Assembly (NCBI GenBank): GCA_963752595.1
Contig: CAVVYZ010000015.1
Location: 128,001-192,000, forward strand
Direction: 5' to 3'
Length of the DNA stretch: 64,000 nucleotides
DNA from: an uncultured delta proteobacterium
GTDB taxonomy: Bacteria; Desulfobacterota; Desulfomonilia; UBA1062
Part shown: positions 10,386-21,301 of the stretch, piece by piece
How the letters are laid out: the number at the start of each line of letters is the position of its first letter
Position numbering within the stretch: the stretch's first letter is position 1
Notes under the pieces: generated by a model
Database searches by the model: none
Told to the model about the DNA's origin: nothing
The model's input: only the letters and a program-made list of their open reading frames with translations
Program-made: the position numbers and the translations under genes

Positions 10386-11510
10386 CTAATCACTTCCGCA
10401 GCTCTCGGTCAGGGTCTCATATTTATCCTGTACCCCCACCGGTATAGGTCTTGCCAGACTGCTGGTCCAAGCCTTGTATACCGAGTGAACAAGGGTAGCA
10501 AGGGGTATGGCAAAGAGAAGGCCCCAGAATCCCCACATGCCGCCGAATACAAGTATGGCAACGATGATGGCTACCGGGTGGAGATTGACTACTTCGGAAA
10601 GAAGCAAGGGAGCAAGGATGTTTCCATCCAGAGCATGGATGATGCCATAGGCAGCGAGAACGTATGCCAGGTGCCATTCAGGTCCCCACTGGAAGAACGC
10701 GATGAAGGTAATGGGAATAAGCATGACGGTGGCGCCAATATATGGAATGAGCACGGCTAATCCTACCAGGAGTGACAGAATCATGGGGAAGCGCAGTCCA
10801 ATGAAGAAAAACGTTATGTATGTAACTGCCCACACGATAATAATTTCCCAGATTTTGCCCCTGAGGTAGTTGGCGATCTGCTGGTTTACTTCTTCCCAAA
10901 CCCTGTTCGTAAGGACGCGCTGCTCAGGAAGGAGGTTGCCTATCCACTGGAATATCAATTCCTTGTCCTTAAGGAAGAAGAATACGAGGAAGGGTACCAG
11001 TACAAGGTAAACGAGTACCTCTATGATACTCCGCACTGAAGACAGCGATACGGAAAGGATATATTGCCCTAAATCGGTTATATTGGAATCGATATAGGCA
11101 AAGAGATGGTTGACATTTTCCTGAGAAACGAGCTGTGGATACTTCTCCGGAAGACGCATCAACTCTTGCTGCCCCTTGGCAATCATGTTGGGCAGCTCCT
11201 GGATGAATTGGGCAATCTGATCGGACATCAACGGAAGCAGAAGGGTCAGCATGGCAACGATCATGGCGATAAGGAACAATGAGACAATAGACACAGCTAT
11301 GTTCCTGGATATACGGAAGAGCTGGAGCCAAGATACGAATCCGTCGAGGAGATACGCAATAATTATTGCGACAAATACGGGCAACAGCATATGCCCCAGA
11401 AGCAAAATAGTGACAAGCCCGAAAAGAAGGAGAAGCACCAGGATTATTACCTGGGGATCGGAAAAATATCGATGAAACCAGTGTTGGATGAGTTTTTTCA
11501 TGGCGATCAA
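10386..11510 (-). CDS. AI-2E family transporter (PerM-like)
   Basis: Multi-TM protein with IPYIGA, DGNILAPLL, LHPVAII and GLLFAIPLA motifs. Confidence 0.88.
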   Translation of the reverse strand: MIAMKKLIQHWFHRYFSDPQVIILVLLLLFGLVTILLLGHMLLPVFVAIIIAYLLDGFVSWLQLFRISRNIAVSIVSLFLIAMIVAMLTLLLPLMSDQIAQFIQELPNMIAKGQQELMRLPEKYPQLVSQENVNHLFAYIDSNITDLGQYILSVSLSSVRSIIEVLVYLVLVPFLVFFFLKDKELIFQWIGNLLPEQRVLTNRVWEEVNQQIANYLRGKIWEIIIVWAVTYITFFFIGLRFPMILSLLVGLAVLIPYIGATVMLIPITFIAFFQWGPEWHLAYVLAAYGIIHALDGNILAPLLLSEVVNLHPVAIIVAILVFGGMWGFWGLLFAIPLATLVHSVYKAWTSSLARPIPVGVQDKYETLTESCGSD

Positions 11511-11653
11511 TAATATCAGGAAATTTTAATCTCGCAACTGGAAAGAATAAGCCGTTTATCCCCTGCGCTGTGGATAATGTAAGAGCAAGGTATTGCAGAC
11601 AGAATCCATTCCCGGGTGAGGCACTGTGTATAAGTCACTAAAAGATATTGAAA

Positions 11654-11699
11654 TCAAAAAAGGGTTTGAAGGATGCGTGCTCTTTCAAACCCTTTTTGA
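11654..11699. terminator. Intrinsic terminator downstream of the chalcone-isomerase-like gene
   Basis: Inverted repeat TCAAAAAAGGGTTTGAA...TTCAAACCCTTTTTGA with A/T tails. Confidence 0.75.
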
Positions 11700-11714
11700 T
11701 AAAGACTGGTAATT

Positions 11715-12284
11715 TTACTTCTTGTTGCCGAGCATTTCTGCTTTGAGGCTGTCCTGAGCAGGCTTGTCGCCGAGCCAGATGCCGAAGAGAGCCTTTTTGA
11801 AATCCATGCCTGCGATTGTAGACTTGACGGCGCCGTTCTTGAATACCTCAACTCCTTTGCCGGGAATATAGACGAGCTCGAAAACATCATTGAGCTTTAT
11901 GGGCTCTTTGAAGACGCCGATGAATGATTCGATAAGATTTTTGATCGGTGCGATGTTACCCTTCGTGGAATTCTCAAAGCCTTCTCTGACAGCCGATTCC
12001 ATCTTATCGCTGGTGATCAGCTTGGAAGTGATGGTGAGCCTGACTGCCATGGGCTGGTCGGCATTGACGATAGCCTGGGCATTGCTGCTCTTCTGGGTAA
12101 GGTAGAGACCGCTGATATAAGCCTTGATGAAGAACTTGGTACGTAATCCGGCACCGTTCAGAACCAGATTGTTGCCGTTTGCGCTGATAGAATCAGGCAC
12201 GTTCACGCCGGCTATTTCCAAAGAATATCCGGCAGTAGCAAGTAATAATGTAACTAAGATAACCCCCAAAAACTTTTTAAGCAT
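11715..12284 (-). CDS. Chalcone isomerase-like secreted protein
   Basis: Signal peptide, LVLNGAGLRTKFFIKAY, FKKALFGIWLG..PAQ.SLK..ML. Confidence 0.85.
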   Translation of the reverse strand: MLKKFLGVILVTLLLATAGYSLEIAGVNVPDSISANGNNLVLNGAGLRTKFFIKAYISGLYLTQKSSNAQAIVNADQPMAVRLTITSKLITSDKMESAVREGFENSTKGNIAPIKNLIESFIGVFKEPIKLNDVFELVYIPGKGVEVFKNGAVKSTIAGMDFKKALFGIWLGDKPAQDSLKAEMLGNKK

Positions 12285-12413
12285 GATTCCCTCCTCATTT
12301 GAGAATTTATTGTCGCTTAGGATCTAAGCGCTTATTCCAGATCTTGAAACGTCCCCTTTTAAGGACAATAACTTTTTAATACCATGCTTTTCTGTAAAAG
12401 TGAATAAGGGAAT

Positions 12414-13067
12414 TTATGGGCAGATCAACCCCGGCAGCATGATCTCTTCCAGCTTGAGGCGGACATCTTCAAATTCCTCCGGTGTCGATGTGGACGGTAT
12501 CGGGAAGAGCTCATCGAAACGTAAAGTTACCTTGGCGAATGGCTTGGGTACCATGAAACGGTCCCAGCTTTTGAAATACCATGCCCTGTCCGCATGTACC
12601 GAAAAAGGTATAATTGCAGCGTTCCCAAGCTGGGCAAGCCTGATGATTCCTGCCTTTATCTTTCCGGCAGGGCCCCGCGGGCCGTCAACGATATGGGCCG
12701 CGATCTTTCGTTCGAGAAGCTTCTGCGCTATCTCGCTCAAAGCATCACGGCCGCCTTTTGACGAGGAACCTCGGACAGGGTCCCAGCCGGTACGACCGGC
12801 AATCCCGGCAATGAGTCCGCCGTCGCTGCTCCTGGAGATCATGAGCGGGGGCTTAAGATGACTGTAGTTCCTGAAGTGACGTATGGCGGAAAAGAATTGC
12901 TGGTGCCAGCAGCAGATTATTACAGAGCCGCCGGCTTTCATGTGGTCCATCCACACGTGCTCGTTTTCTACGGTCAGTCGATATGTTGCGGCATATCCCC
13001 TGACAGCATGATAAAGGGAGAATATCGTTATTTCGGAATTGAGTATCTTTTTGAGCTTTCCGGACAT
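12414..13067 (-). CDS. DUF374 / lysophospholipid acyltransferase family protein
   Basis: CWH, ISRSSDG, VRGSSSKGG, DGPRGP, SWDRFMVPKPF. Confidence 0.88.
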   Translation of the reverse strand: MSGKLKKILNSEITIFSLYHAVRGYAATYRLTVENEHVWMDHMKAGGSVIICCWHQQFFSAIRHFRNYSHLKPPLMISRSSDGGLIAGIAGRTGWDPVRGSSSKGGRDALSEIAQKLLERKIAAHIVDGPRGPAGKIKAGIIRLAQLGNAAIIPFSVHADRAWYFKSWDRFMVPKPFAKVTLRFDELFPIPSTSTPEEFEDVRLKLEEIMLPGLICP

Positions 13068-13073
13068 CTGCAG

Positions 13074-13562
13074 TTACTTCCCGCAGCACTTCTTGTACTT
13101 GGATCCGCTTCCGCACGGGCATGGATCGTTCCGTCTAACCTTCTCATCAGTGCGTACCACCTGTTGCTGCGGGACCATCTTCCCCTGGTAGAAGTACCAC
13201 CTGTCGTCTTCCTTGAGGAATTCTGCGAGCTCATGGTGTGCGGTCCGTTTGCCTTTATAGCGGTAATGGGCAATGAATTCCACCTTGCCTTGGGAGTCTT
13301 CTGCGCCACCCTTATCCGTCGAGACGACCTGGAGGCCGTCCCATTCGGATTTTTCAGCCCAGCGTTTGGTACCTTTGATATCGTAATCGCTCCTCTGATT
13401 CGGATGAGTCGATTCGAGGAGGTAGGCGAGCTCTGCCTTCGCATATGCACTATAACGCGAACGCATCAGTTGTTCGGCTGTCTCGGGTAAACGGGTTCCT
13501 TTGATCAGAGGTTCGCAGCAGTTCTCATACTCGATTTTTGATCCGCATGGACATAAACTCAT
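13074..13562 (-). CDS. ychJ: YchJ family protein with SEC-C motifs
   Basis: N-terminal [18 protein letters not shown]-terminal [17 protein letters not shown]. Confidence 0.9.
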   Translation of the reverse strand: MSLCPCGSKIEYENCCEPLIKGTRLPETAEQLMRSRYSAYAKAELAYLLESTHPNQRSDYDIKGTKRWAEKSEWDGLQVVSTDKGGAEDSQGKVEFIAHYRYKGKRTAHHELAEFLKEDDRWYFYQGKMVPQQQVVRTDEKVRRNDPCPCGSGSKYKKCCGK

Positions 13563-13606
13563 AAGTTGCTCCTTTATTAGTATATGTGTAATCCTCGCAC
13601 TGTCTC

Positions 13607-14512
13607 TCAGATCAGTTGCGAAGAATCGGCAACACCCAGCGATTCATAGATCTTGAGGGTGGCTGTCGCATTATTCAGGGTATAGAAGTGGATGCCCCGG
13701 GCATGATTTTCTATGAGGTCACGCACCTGCTCGGTGGCCCAGTGTATGCCAACCCTCTCCACCGATTCATTGCTGCCCGCCCTCTGGATGGCCCTGAGCA
13801 ACGGCGCAGGAAATCGGGCTCCGGATGCGAGCTCGGCCATCCGGAGCATGCCGCTCCTGGAGATGATGGGCATGATCCCGGCGATGATGGGCACACGGAT
13901 GCCGGCAACGATGCAACGTTCCCGGAAGTCATAGTAGTCTCGGTTATCGAAGAAGAGCTGGGTGATGATGTAATCAGCCCCTGCATCGACCTTTGCCTTG
14001 AGATGGTCGATCTCCCTGATCCGGTTGCGCGTCTCGGGATGTCCTTCGGGGAAGCCTGCAACTCCCACGCACATGTTCGGGAAATGCTTTTTAATGAAGG
14101 TTACCAGATCCACGGCATAATAAAACCCGTTTGCGATCGGGGTCATGCTTTTCTGTCCAAGGGGAGGGTCTCCCCGCAGAGCGAGGATGTTGTGAATGCC
14201 TTCCCTGTCGTAGCGCTCAAGGATGGACATGACATAGTCTCTGCTCGTTTCGACGCAGGTGAGATGGGACACGACTATCAGGTCGGCCTCTTTTTTGATT
14301 CTTACGACAAGATTATGGGTGTTCTCCCTTGTGGAGCCTCCTGCACCATAGGTGACGCTGACCCAGGAAGGCTTTAAGGGAATGAGATCTGTAATGGTGT
14401 GGAAGAGCTTATCCCAGCCTTCGGGTGTTCTGGGAGGAAAAAATTCAAAGCTGAAGGTGGTATTGGCCCCTTGAATTATGTCTCGTACCAACATGATCCT
14501 CTCAATACGCAT
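13607..14512 (-). CDS. metF: Methylenetetrahydrofolate reductase
   Basis: [33 protein letters not shown]. Confidence 0.95.
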   Translation of the reverse strand: MRIERIMLVRDIIQGANTTFSFEFFPPRTPEGWDKLFHTITDLIPLKPSWVSVTYGAGGSTRENTHNLVVRIKKEADLIVVSHLTCVETSRDYVMSILERYDREGIHNILALRGDPPLGQKSMTPIANGFYYAVDLVTFIKKHFPNMCVGVAGFPEGHPETRNRIREIDHLKAKVDAGADYIITQLFFDNRDYYDFRERCIVAGIRVPIIAGIMPIISRSGMLRMAELASGARFPAPLLRAIQRAGSNESVERVGIHWATEQVRDLIENHARGIHFYTLNNATATLKIYESLGVADSSQLI

Positions 14513-14631
14513 CTCCTGAAAAACCTCATTCGAAGAATAGAAGGCTAATGGAAATTGTACTCAATTGCAAGAGATTCGTTTGCCGTTTACGGTGCCCGGC
14601 ATGCTTCTAGGGCGCGTCATGATAAAAAGGC

Positions 14632-14982
14632 TCAGATGATGATTTCCAGTAATTTTGCATATTTTGAAGGGATTTCGAGTTTCTTCTCTTTGAGAAGATC
14701 ATCTGCAAGTATCTTCATCCATTCTCGTGAGACAGAGACCTTGTTACAGGTAATAAAGCTTTTACCTTCTTCAGAGACTATCTCATAGTTCTCTATGGAT
14801 ACGCTCAGCGGAGCTGTCTCGCCCCTGAGGAGCACTTCCACCTCTATCCTGCGGGTAAGGGAATCGAGCCTGATCCCGATGAGCTTTCCGTACCTGCTGA
14901 TGACTGTCTCTCCAAGTACCTCCAGTGCCTTGGATAGGGCTTTATCTTTGCCTTGTCGTGCGAGTTCCTTGAGATGTCCCAT
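14632..14982 (-). CDS. Hypothetical protein
   Basis: Start moved to ATG 14982 (GGGGAG RBS) to avoid overlap with the upstream gene; no family recognised. Confidence 0.65.
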   Translation of the reverse strand: MGHLKELARQGKDKALSKALEVLGETVISRYGKLIGIRLDSLTRRIEVEVLLRGETAPLSVSIENYEIVSEEGKSFITCNKVSVSREWMKILADDLLKEKKLEIPSKYAKLLEIII

Positions 14983-15002
14983 GAAATCTCCCCCTGTCTG
15001 AC

Positions 15003-15539
15003 TTACACCCTCGGGGGCTGTTTCGTTGCCATGATGAGCACCATGTATAAAGGCGCAAAGAGATCGACACAGTCGGTGACTCCTAGGGTGAGTACGTACC
15101 GGTCCGTTACATTGTTGATGCTGGTAAGCCATTCTTCAAGCTTTTGAATGCTTTTTGCCTGACGGATCAAGTCCTTAAAGAGAATAATACCCGAGTCCAT
15201 TATGAGCTTCCGGTCGGACTCAGGATATTTTTTGAATACCCGTTCTCCAACGTGATGCATGAGGGAGAGGGCATCTACTTCGTCTCCCAGTTCCTGAAGC
15301 CTGGAGATCAAAGGTACCGAGCAGGCTGCCAGGAAGCACGCATTTGCCGTGCACTGGTCGAGAGTGCTGTGATCAGGGTCTGCAATCTGGTCCGTTCCGG
15401 CCAGCACATTCTCGCCGATGAAGGAGAGGATGACCGTTAATGCCTCATTCAGGCTTGGGATCGGTCTCGGATCATAGGCACTCAGGATGCGGTACGCGAG
15501 ATTCATGACATTGTCCCGATAGGTTTTCTCAATATTCAT
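15003..15539 (-). CDS. Hypothetical protein
   Basis: 178 aa ORF with an AGAGGA RBS, co-directional with its neighbours. Confidence 0.7.
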   Translation of the reverse strand: MNIEKTYRDNVMNLAYRILSAYDPRPIPSLNEALTVILSFIGENVLAGTDQIADPDHSTLDQCTANACFLAACSVPLISRLQELGDEVDALSLMHHVGERVFKKYPESDRKLIMDSGIILFKDLIRQAKSIQKLEEWLTSINNVTDRYVLTLGVTDCVDLFAPLYMVLIMATKQPPRV

Positions 15540-15640
15540 CGTATCCTCTTGCCATGTCCGGCAAAATAGTAAAATGAGTGGATCGTGATGTTCCCGACCT
15601 TAGCGTCTCTATGGGGACACCGGCCGGCGATACTGGAGGT

Positions 15641-16651
15641 TCAATCATATCCGTTCGGGTTGTTTGATTGCCATCTCCAGGTATCCGTACACATCTCATC
15701 AATACCGCGTACGGCCGTCCATCCAAGCTCCAAGCGTGCCTTTGCGGGATCGGCAAAACAGCTGGCGATATCACCATGCCTCCTGGCAGTGATTTTATAA
15801 GGGATCTTTCTGCCAGATGCCTTCCCAAAGGCCCGGATCATGTCGAGCACGCTGTAACCCTGTCCTGTCCCGAGATTGTAGGTGGCGACCCCCGGATTGC
15901 TTTGAAGCTTCTTCAGGGCATTGATATGGCCTATGGCGAGATCGACCACATGGATATAATCTCTCACCCCGGTCCCGTCTTTGGTGGGGTAGTCATTCCC
16001 GAAGACAGAGAGTATGGAAAGTTTCCCAATGGCAACCTGAGAGATGAAGGGCATGAGATTGTTCGGGATATCGTTCGGGTCTTCCCCGATGAGCCCGCTC
16101 CTGTGTGCTCCCACGGGGTTGAAATAGCGGAGCAGGGCGATGTTCCACGCCGGGTCCGATATATGCAGATCGCGCAGGATCTCCTCGATCATGAGTTTTG
16201 AACGGCCGTAGGGATTCGTTGCGCCCAAGGGGAAGTCCTCACTGATAGGGACACTGCTCGGATCGCCGTACACGGTCGCAGATGAGCTGAACACCATATT
16301 CTTGACGCCGTGCTCTTTCATCACATCGCAGAGCACGAGGGTCCCGGTGATATTGTTATGGTAGTAGCGCAAAGGCATAGAGACCGACTCTCCCACAGCC
16401 TTCAAGCCTGCGAAATGGATGACTGCATCAATACTGTTGCTGGAGAATATGGAAGAGAGTGCTTTTCTGTCAACCAGGTCTGCCCGGTGGAATGTCAGGC
16501 CCCTGCCGGTGATTTTCTCGACTCTCTTCAAGGCCTCTTCCTTTGAATTGGAGAGATTGTCCACAACGATGACATTGTATCCTGTATCCATGAGCTCCAC
16601 GCAGGTGTGGCTCCCGATGTATCCGGCTCCGCCTGTTACCAAAATATTCAT
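15641..16651 (-). CDS. galE: UDP-glucose 4-epimerase
   Basis: [48 protein letters not shown]; start moved to 16651. Confidence 0.96.
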   Translation of the reverse strand: MNILVTGGAGYIGSHTCVELMDTGYNVIVVDNLSNSKEEALKRVEKITGRGLTFHRADLVDRKALSSIFSSNSIDAVIHFAGLKAVGESVSMPLRYYHNNITGTLVLCDVMKEHGVKNMVFSSSATVYGDPSSVPISEDFPLGATNPYGRSKLMIEEILRDLHISDPAWNIALLRYFNPVGAHRSGLIGEDPNDIPNNLMPFISQVAIGKLSILSVFGNDYPTKDGTGVRDYIHVVDLAIGHINALKKLQSNPGVATYNLGTGQGYSVLDMIRAFGKASGRKIPYKITARRHGDIASCFADPAKARLELGWTAVRGIDEMCTDTWRWQSNNPNGYD

Positions 16652-17066
16652 GGGTACTTCCTTCTTATGCTTTCTTGAGCTGGCCTTCATAATTACGGCT
16701 TCTTCTCCCATATTTTTACCGGCAAGTCAAAGAATTGGGATGATTTCTCAAGATGTCTTTGATGATAAAAGCATCTCATCAGCTATAACATACTTCACTG
16801 CAGGCAAGATTCATCAGGGTATGAAGAGGCTGTTTGCTTGAAACGGGCTTCCGTTCACGTCTCCATGCATATTGGACACGCAGGTGAACACTACCGGTAT
16901 TTCTGCAGAGGCAAATTTGACCTTTAATACCTTGTGGCAGGCGTGCCTCCGGTAAGTACGAGATCAGGCTTTTCTTCGACAATTCTCGATGCGGTTTTCT
17001 TGATATGGAAAAGGATGCACACCTTTTTCCACAATCCGGCATCGATGATGCCTTCACAAACCAGGC

Positions 17067-19190
17067 TTACCTCATAAGGGTAAATACCTTTGCAGGCCTG
17101 GCAGGAGTCTGCAAGCTTACAAAATCCATGAGCACCCGGCAGCTTTCAACCAGAACCGGGTCGTCCTGGGCTTTGATCTTGGAGTCTTTTTCCTTGTTTT
17201 CGAGGTCATCCGAAAGCGCTTCTATCGTTTTTAACGGCTGCAGTCCCTTTGCATTTCTGCGGACATTCTCCATATCGAGACGCTTCTTCCGGATCTGCTG
17301 TTCCTCGAGCTTCCTGACGTTTCTATTGAGGGAAATGTCAGTCCTCGAACGTAACTTTGCCAGGTAATCTGTCATCTGGTATACATACAGGTAGTCAGGA
17401 TCAGAGGCCATGCGCCTCTGATGCAGCTCTTTCAGCTTAGAAACGAGAGGTCTCATATCGATATAAAACCGGTGGGAGACGCCTCCTATGGTATCCCACG
17501 GCAGGGCTGCATCGAGAGAACTCTCACCGATCTTCGTCTTATCGTAGAGACTGGGATAGGCGATGTCGGGAACGATCCCTCTATGCTGGGTGCTGGCCCC
17601 TGAAATGCGATAGAACTTGGCCGATGTGAGTTTCAGCTGTCCATAATCGAGGTTGACAAGGCTTTGGACGGTCCCCTTCCCGAAGGTATCTTCACCGATA
17701 ATAATCCCTCGGGCATAGTCCTGGATGGCGCCTGCAAAGATCTCCGACGCGGATGCGCTCAGCCTGTTTACTACCACGGCCAGAGGCCCATCCCAATACA
17801 TCTGGGGATCATCATCGTAGAGTTTTTCCACTTTATTGTTGGCATCCCGTATCTGGACGACCGGTCCTTGGTCGATGAAGAGCCCGGTAAGCATTTCCGC
17901 TTCCTGGAGCGAACCGCCCCCGTTGTCCCGTAAGTCGACGACGATACCATCGACCTTTGCTTCCCTCAACTCGGCAAGGAGCTTCATGACATCCCGCGTG
18001 GTGCTCTTGTAGTCTTTGCTGCCGGAGCTCAAGGCGTTGAAATCCAGATAGAACGTGGGGATGATAATGACTCCGAGTTTATACGGGCGGTCTTTATCTT
18101 TGATCTCGATGATTTCCTTATGCGCTGCCTGTTCTTCAAGCTTTACCGTATTGCGTACGATAGAGACGGATTTTGTTTTATGATTATCGAGCGCATTTGC
18201 AGGGATAATCCTCAGCCTCACAACGGTCTCTTTCGGACCGCGGATGAGATCGACCACATCGTCAAGGCGCCAGCCAACGACATCCACAAATTCGCCGTCA
18301 GAGCCTTGCCCGACCCCGGTGATGCGGTCATCAGGCTTGAGCTGCCCGGATTTGTCGGCAGGTCCGGCAGGGATGAGGCGGACGACCTTGACATATTCGT
18401 CCTCTACTCCCAGCATTGCTCCGATGCCCTCAAGGGACAGGCTCATATTGATGGAGAAGTTCTCTGATGAACGCGGAGAAAAATACTCGGTATGGGGATC
18501 GAAGGTATGGGCAAAGGAGTTCATAAATATCTGGAATACATCTTCACTGTTAGTCTGGGAAACTCTGTTGAGCTGGCTCCGGTATCGTTTCGAAAGAGTC
18601 TGTTTGACCTCCGCCGGTGATTTATCATCCATCAGGAGATTGAGTATGTCATTTATCAGGGCTTTTTGCCAAAGCCCTTCCAGTTCGATGCGGTTTTTCG
18701 GCCACGGCGCCTTTTTTCTGTCGATTTCGAGGTTTACGTTCTGGTCAAGTTTGATATTCCCGATCCCGTTTTCAACGGCTTTGATCATGTAAGCGAGCCG
18801 TTCCGCCATGCGCTCCTGATACCGGTTATATATCCTGAAGGGTGGTTTTAAATCACCGGTCTTAAGGACATCATCCAGCAGGTACCGGTAGAAGTCAAAT
18901 TCCTTGACATCTGACGCGAGGAAAAAACTGCGCTGGGAATCGAGATCTGAGAGGTAGGTGTCCAGAACCCTTGATGAAAGCCTGTCATCGACTGACGGCT
19001 TCAGATAGTGGGTATACTGGATGTATTTGAGTATTTCCCTGTCCGCCTTCTGGTGTATTTTCAAGGGTGAGAGCTTCTCGGCATAATGTCCAGGTATAAG
19101 ACCTGTTTGTGCTGAGAAGAGAGGTGCGGCAACACAGAGGTTTACAAGGAACGAAAGGGCGATTAGGGCTCCAAGGATATTTTTCTTCAT
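17067..19190 (-). CDS. prc: Carboxy-terminal processing (tail-specific) protease, S41A
   Basis: Signal peptide, DPHTEY, LEGIGA (PDZ), DLRDNGGG, SASASEI, FGKGTVQ. Confidence 0.93.
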   Translation of the reverse strand: MKKNILGALIALSFLVNLCVAAPLFSAQTGLIPGHYAEKLSPLKIHQKADREILKYIQYTHYLKPSVDDRLSSRVLDTYLSDLDSQRSFFLASDVKEFDFYRYLLDDVLKTGDLKPPFRIYNRYQERMAERLAYMIKAVENGIGNIKLDQNVNLEIDRKKAPWPKNRIELEGLWQKALINDILNLLMDDKSPAEVKQTLSKRYRSQLNRVSQTNSEDVFQIFMNSFAHTFDPHTEYFSPRSSENFSINMSLSLEGIGAMLGVEDEYVKVVRLIPAGPADKSGQLKPDDRITGVGQGSDGEFVDVVGWRLDDVVDLIRGPKETVVRLRIIPANALDNHKTKSVSIVRNTVKLEEQAAHKEIIEIKDKDRPYKLGVIIIPTFYLDFNALSSGSKDYKSTTRDVMKLLAELREAKVDGIVVDLRDNGGGSLQEAEMLTGLFIDQGPVVQIRDANNKVEKLYDDDPQMYWDGPLAVVVNRLSASASEIFAGAIQDYARGIIIGEDTFGKGTVQSLVNLDYGQLKLTSAKFYRISGASTQHRGIVPDIAYPSLYDKTKIGESSLDAALPWDTIGGVSHRFYIDMRPLVSKLKELHQRRMASDPDYLYVYQMTDYLAKLRSRTDISLNRNVRKLEEQQIRKKRLDMENVRRNAKGLQPLKTIEALSDDLENKEKDSKIKAQDDPVLVESCRVLMDFVSLQTPARPAKVFTLMR

Positions 19191-19383
19191 GAACGCTCAC
19201 TGTCTCATATTTGATCGGAGCTTTATATAGCAAGGGTAGAGGGAAAATACAATGGGAGTATCGCATAATTAAATTCTGACTTCGCCAGTCTTATAAATTC
19301 ATAAGAAATAATCATCGAGGCGTATAATTACGGCTCAGATAATCTGATCAGGATTCTGGTTTGCCAAAAGCGCCAAAATGAAG

Positions 19384-19725
19384 TTAACCGCTTACCTCAT
19401 CAATCCAGTTGAGGTAATCCTTTGATCCTTTCAAAACGGGAATCTGCACGATCTCGGGAATTTCATAGCTATGGTTCTGGAGGATGAGATGCTCGATTCT
19501 TTCATAATGATCGGCTTTGGCCTTGATGAAGAGCAACTGCTCGCTGTCCGAATTCACCGTTCCCTTCCATTCATAGTAGCTGACTATGCCCGTTGCCTGG
19601 ACACATGCAGCCAAATGCTCATGGATGAGCATGGTTGCGATCTTATCAGCCTCCTCACGGCTCGGACATGTGGTGAGGACTACGCAGTATACGTTTGGTT
19701 CAGTCACATCCATCTCCTTTATCAT
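19384..19725 (-). CDS. cutA: Divalent-cation tolerance protein CutA
   Basis: LTTCP, LAACV, SYYEWKG, HSYEIPEI, YLNWI. Confidence 0.92.
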   Translation of the reverse strand: MIKEMDVTEPNVYCVVLTTCPSREEADKIATMLIHEHLAACVQATGIVSYYEWKGTVNSDSEQLLFIKAKADHYERIEHLILQNHSYEIPEIVQIPVLKGSKDYLNWIDEVSG

Positions 19726-19792
19726 GAATCATTCCCAATCATAAAATCAGGGCTTCAAGTCTCTATAAAACATAAAAATATGTCTAACACCC

Positions 19793-20581
19793 TTATTTCT
19801 GCGTACCCTGGTATTCCCGTGGCAGGAAAAGGCGGGTGATCTTTTCTCCCAGGCGAGGTGATAAGAAGAATACTGCACTCAGGAATTTCGGCATGTAAGC
19901 TGTGTCCGACTCGATCTTCCCATTCTTGATGGCCCGGATGATTGACCGGGCACATTGTTGGGGACTCTGGGAGGGAGAATTTGCCAGCACCGGCTCCTCA
20001 ACGACCATGTCTGTTTTTACAATGGTTGGGTAGACCGTAAGAACCCGGATGCCTGTGCCGGAAAGTTCCTGCCGAAGGGTGGAGCTGAATGCGGCTACGG
20101 CCCATTTCGAGCACGCATACACCCCAAGATAGGGAAATGGAGTACGGGCTATGATGCTTGCAACATTCACGAGGACTCCTCTGGTCTCCTTGAGAAAGGG
20201 AAGGGCAGCCCTGGTGCAGTGGAAGGTCCCCAACAGATTTGTCTCCATCAGGTTTCTGAAGTCATCCGGATTCGCTTCCATCAAGGCCTTTTCAAGGGTG
20301 ATGCCGGCGATATTCATAAAGACGTCGATCCGCCCCAAAGCCTGTACTGCCGATTTCACCATTTGATGTACGGAATGGTCATCCGTAATATCGCAGGGCA
20401 GGGTAATACAAAACCCTCCTGCATTCTCAACCATTTCTCTGGTATTGCCGAGCCTGGCTTCATCGCGTGCAGCAACCGCTATTAAGGCGCCTTCCCGGGC
20501 TAATTCTGCCGCCACCGCCTTTCCTATGCCCCGGCTTCCGCCAGTCAGTACTACTGCCTTGCCGCGAAGATCATATTTCAT
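19793..20581 (-). CDS. Short-chain dehydrogenase/reductase
   Basis: TGGSRGIG, NIAG, YACSK. Confidence 0.9.
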   Translation of the reverse strand: MKYDLRGKAVVLTGGSRGIGKAVAAELAREGALIAVAARDEARLGNTREMVENAGGFCITLPCDITDDHSVHQMVKSAVQALGRIDVFMNIAGITLEKALMEANPDDFRNLMETNLLGTFHCTRAALPFLKETRGVLVNVASIIARTPFPYLGVYACSKWAVAAFSSTLRQELSGTGIRVLTVYPTIVKTDMVVEEPVLANSPSQSPQQCARSIIRAIKNGKIESDTAYMPKFLSAVFFLSPRLGEKITRLFLPREYQGTQK

Positions 20582-20617
20582 GAAAATGCTCCTTTGTTTT
20601 TTGAGGATCGGGATACT

Positions 20618-21025
20618 TCATTGCGGGAAGAACTCCACCCTTATCCGTGCTCCTTCTTTGACTGAATGCAGGACTTTCGGATTGCCGAAAGCCCTGCCGA
20701 AGACGTTGACAGGGCTATATGCCCTCGGCTTATCAGATGTGCTCACCGGGGTGAGGCCAAAGAAGATGCAGAATGCGGGGCCTTCGGGCCAGTCGCCCAG
20801 GTCGCCCATATCGACATCCTGTCGTGCATAAGGCTCCAGGCTTTGATGAAGGGTGACAGTGAAGTAGATCTCATCTCCCCAGGTTGCAATGACAGCCTGA
20901 ATGGGCAGAAGTTTTTCGATTCCCTGTGCTGTAGGGGTATCAAACAGCTCTCCGATGAGCTCGATTTCATCGACCCTTATAATAATTCTTTTCATCATCC
21001 CCCGCATTTTGTGCGCCGGATGCAT
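20618..21025 (-). CDS. Cyclophilin-like fold protein (TM1367-like)
   Basis: TWGDEIYF, GDL..WPEG.AFCIFFG.TP, SPVNVFG. The true start may be the later MKRII. Confidence 0.8.
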   Translation of the reverse strand: MHPAHKMRGMMKRIIIRVDEIELIGELFDTPTAQGIEKLLPIQAVIATWGDEIYFTVTLHQSLEPYARQDVDMGDLGDWPEGPAFCIFFGLTPVSTSDKPRAYSPVNVFGRAFGNPKVLHSVKEGARIRVEFFPQ

Positions 21026-21249
21026 GGAGGGTAACCCATGCCTTGGAAAAGCTTTTAATCTTCAGCGCCGGCCGTTTCTAGAGAACATAATAAGAGCACA
21101 TAAAACATTTCTCACAAGAAACTCTCCTAAATTACTCTATAGGAATATACGAGATTTGCAAAGCGAATAGAAATCGGAATCTCCTGTCTTTATTGCCGGG
21201 TATATTCTTTTCAAGAAGGGAAAAGGTATTCAGACACCCATGACACTGA

Positions 21250-21276
21250 TCAAGAAATCCGGGGAATACCCGATGA
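21250..21276 (+). promoter_or_regulatory. Putative sigma28 (FliA) promoter
   Basis: TCAAG-N15-CCGATGA, with the same spacing and the same TCAAGAAAT start as the site upstream of fliS (42499-42525). Confidence 0.6.
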
Positions 21277-21301
21277 TAAAAGTAAGGGATAGAGAATACA
21301 T

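Noticed and set aside
10308-10760. 150 aa plus-strand ORF with a GAGGGGG RBS-like sequence
   Set aside because: It lies mostly antisense to the AI-2E transporter gene and has no recognisable motifs.
14512-14632. SAM riboswitch upstream of metF
   Set aside because: The intergenic region is short and lacks SAM-I or SAM-II core motifs.
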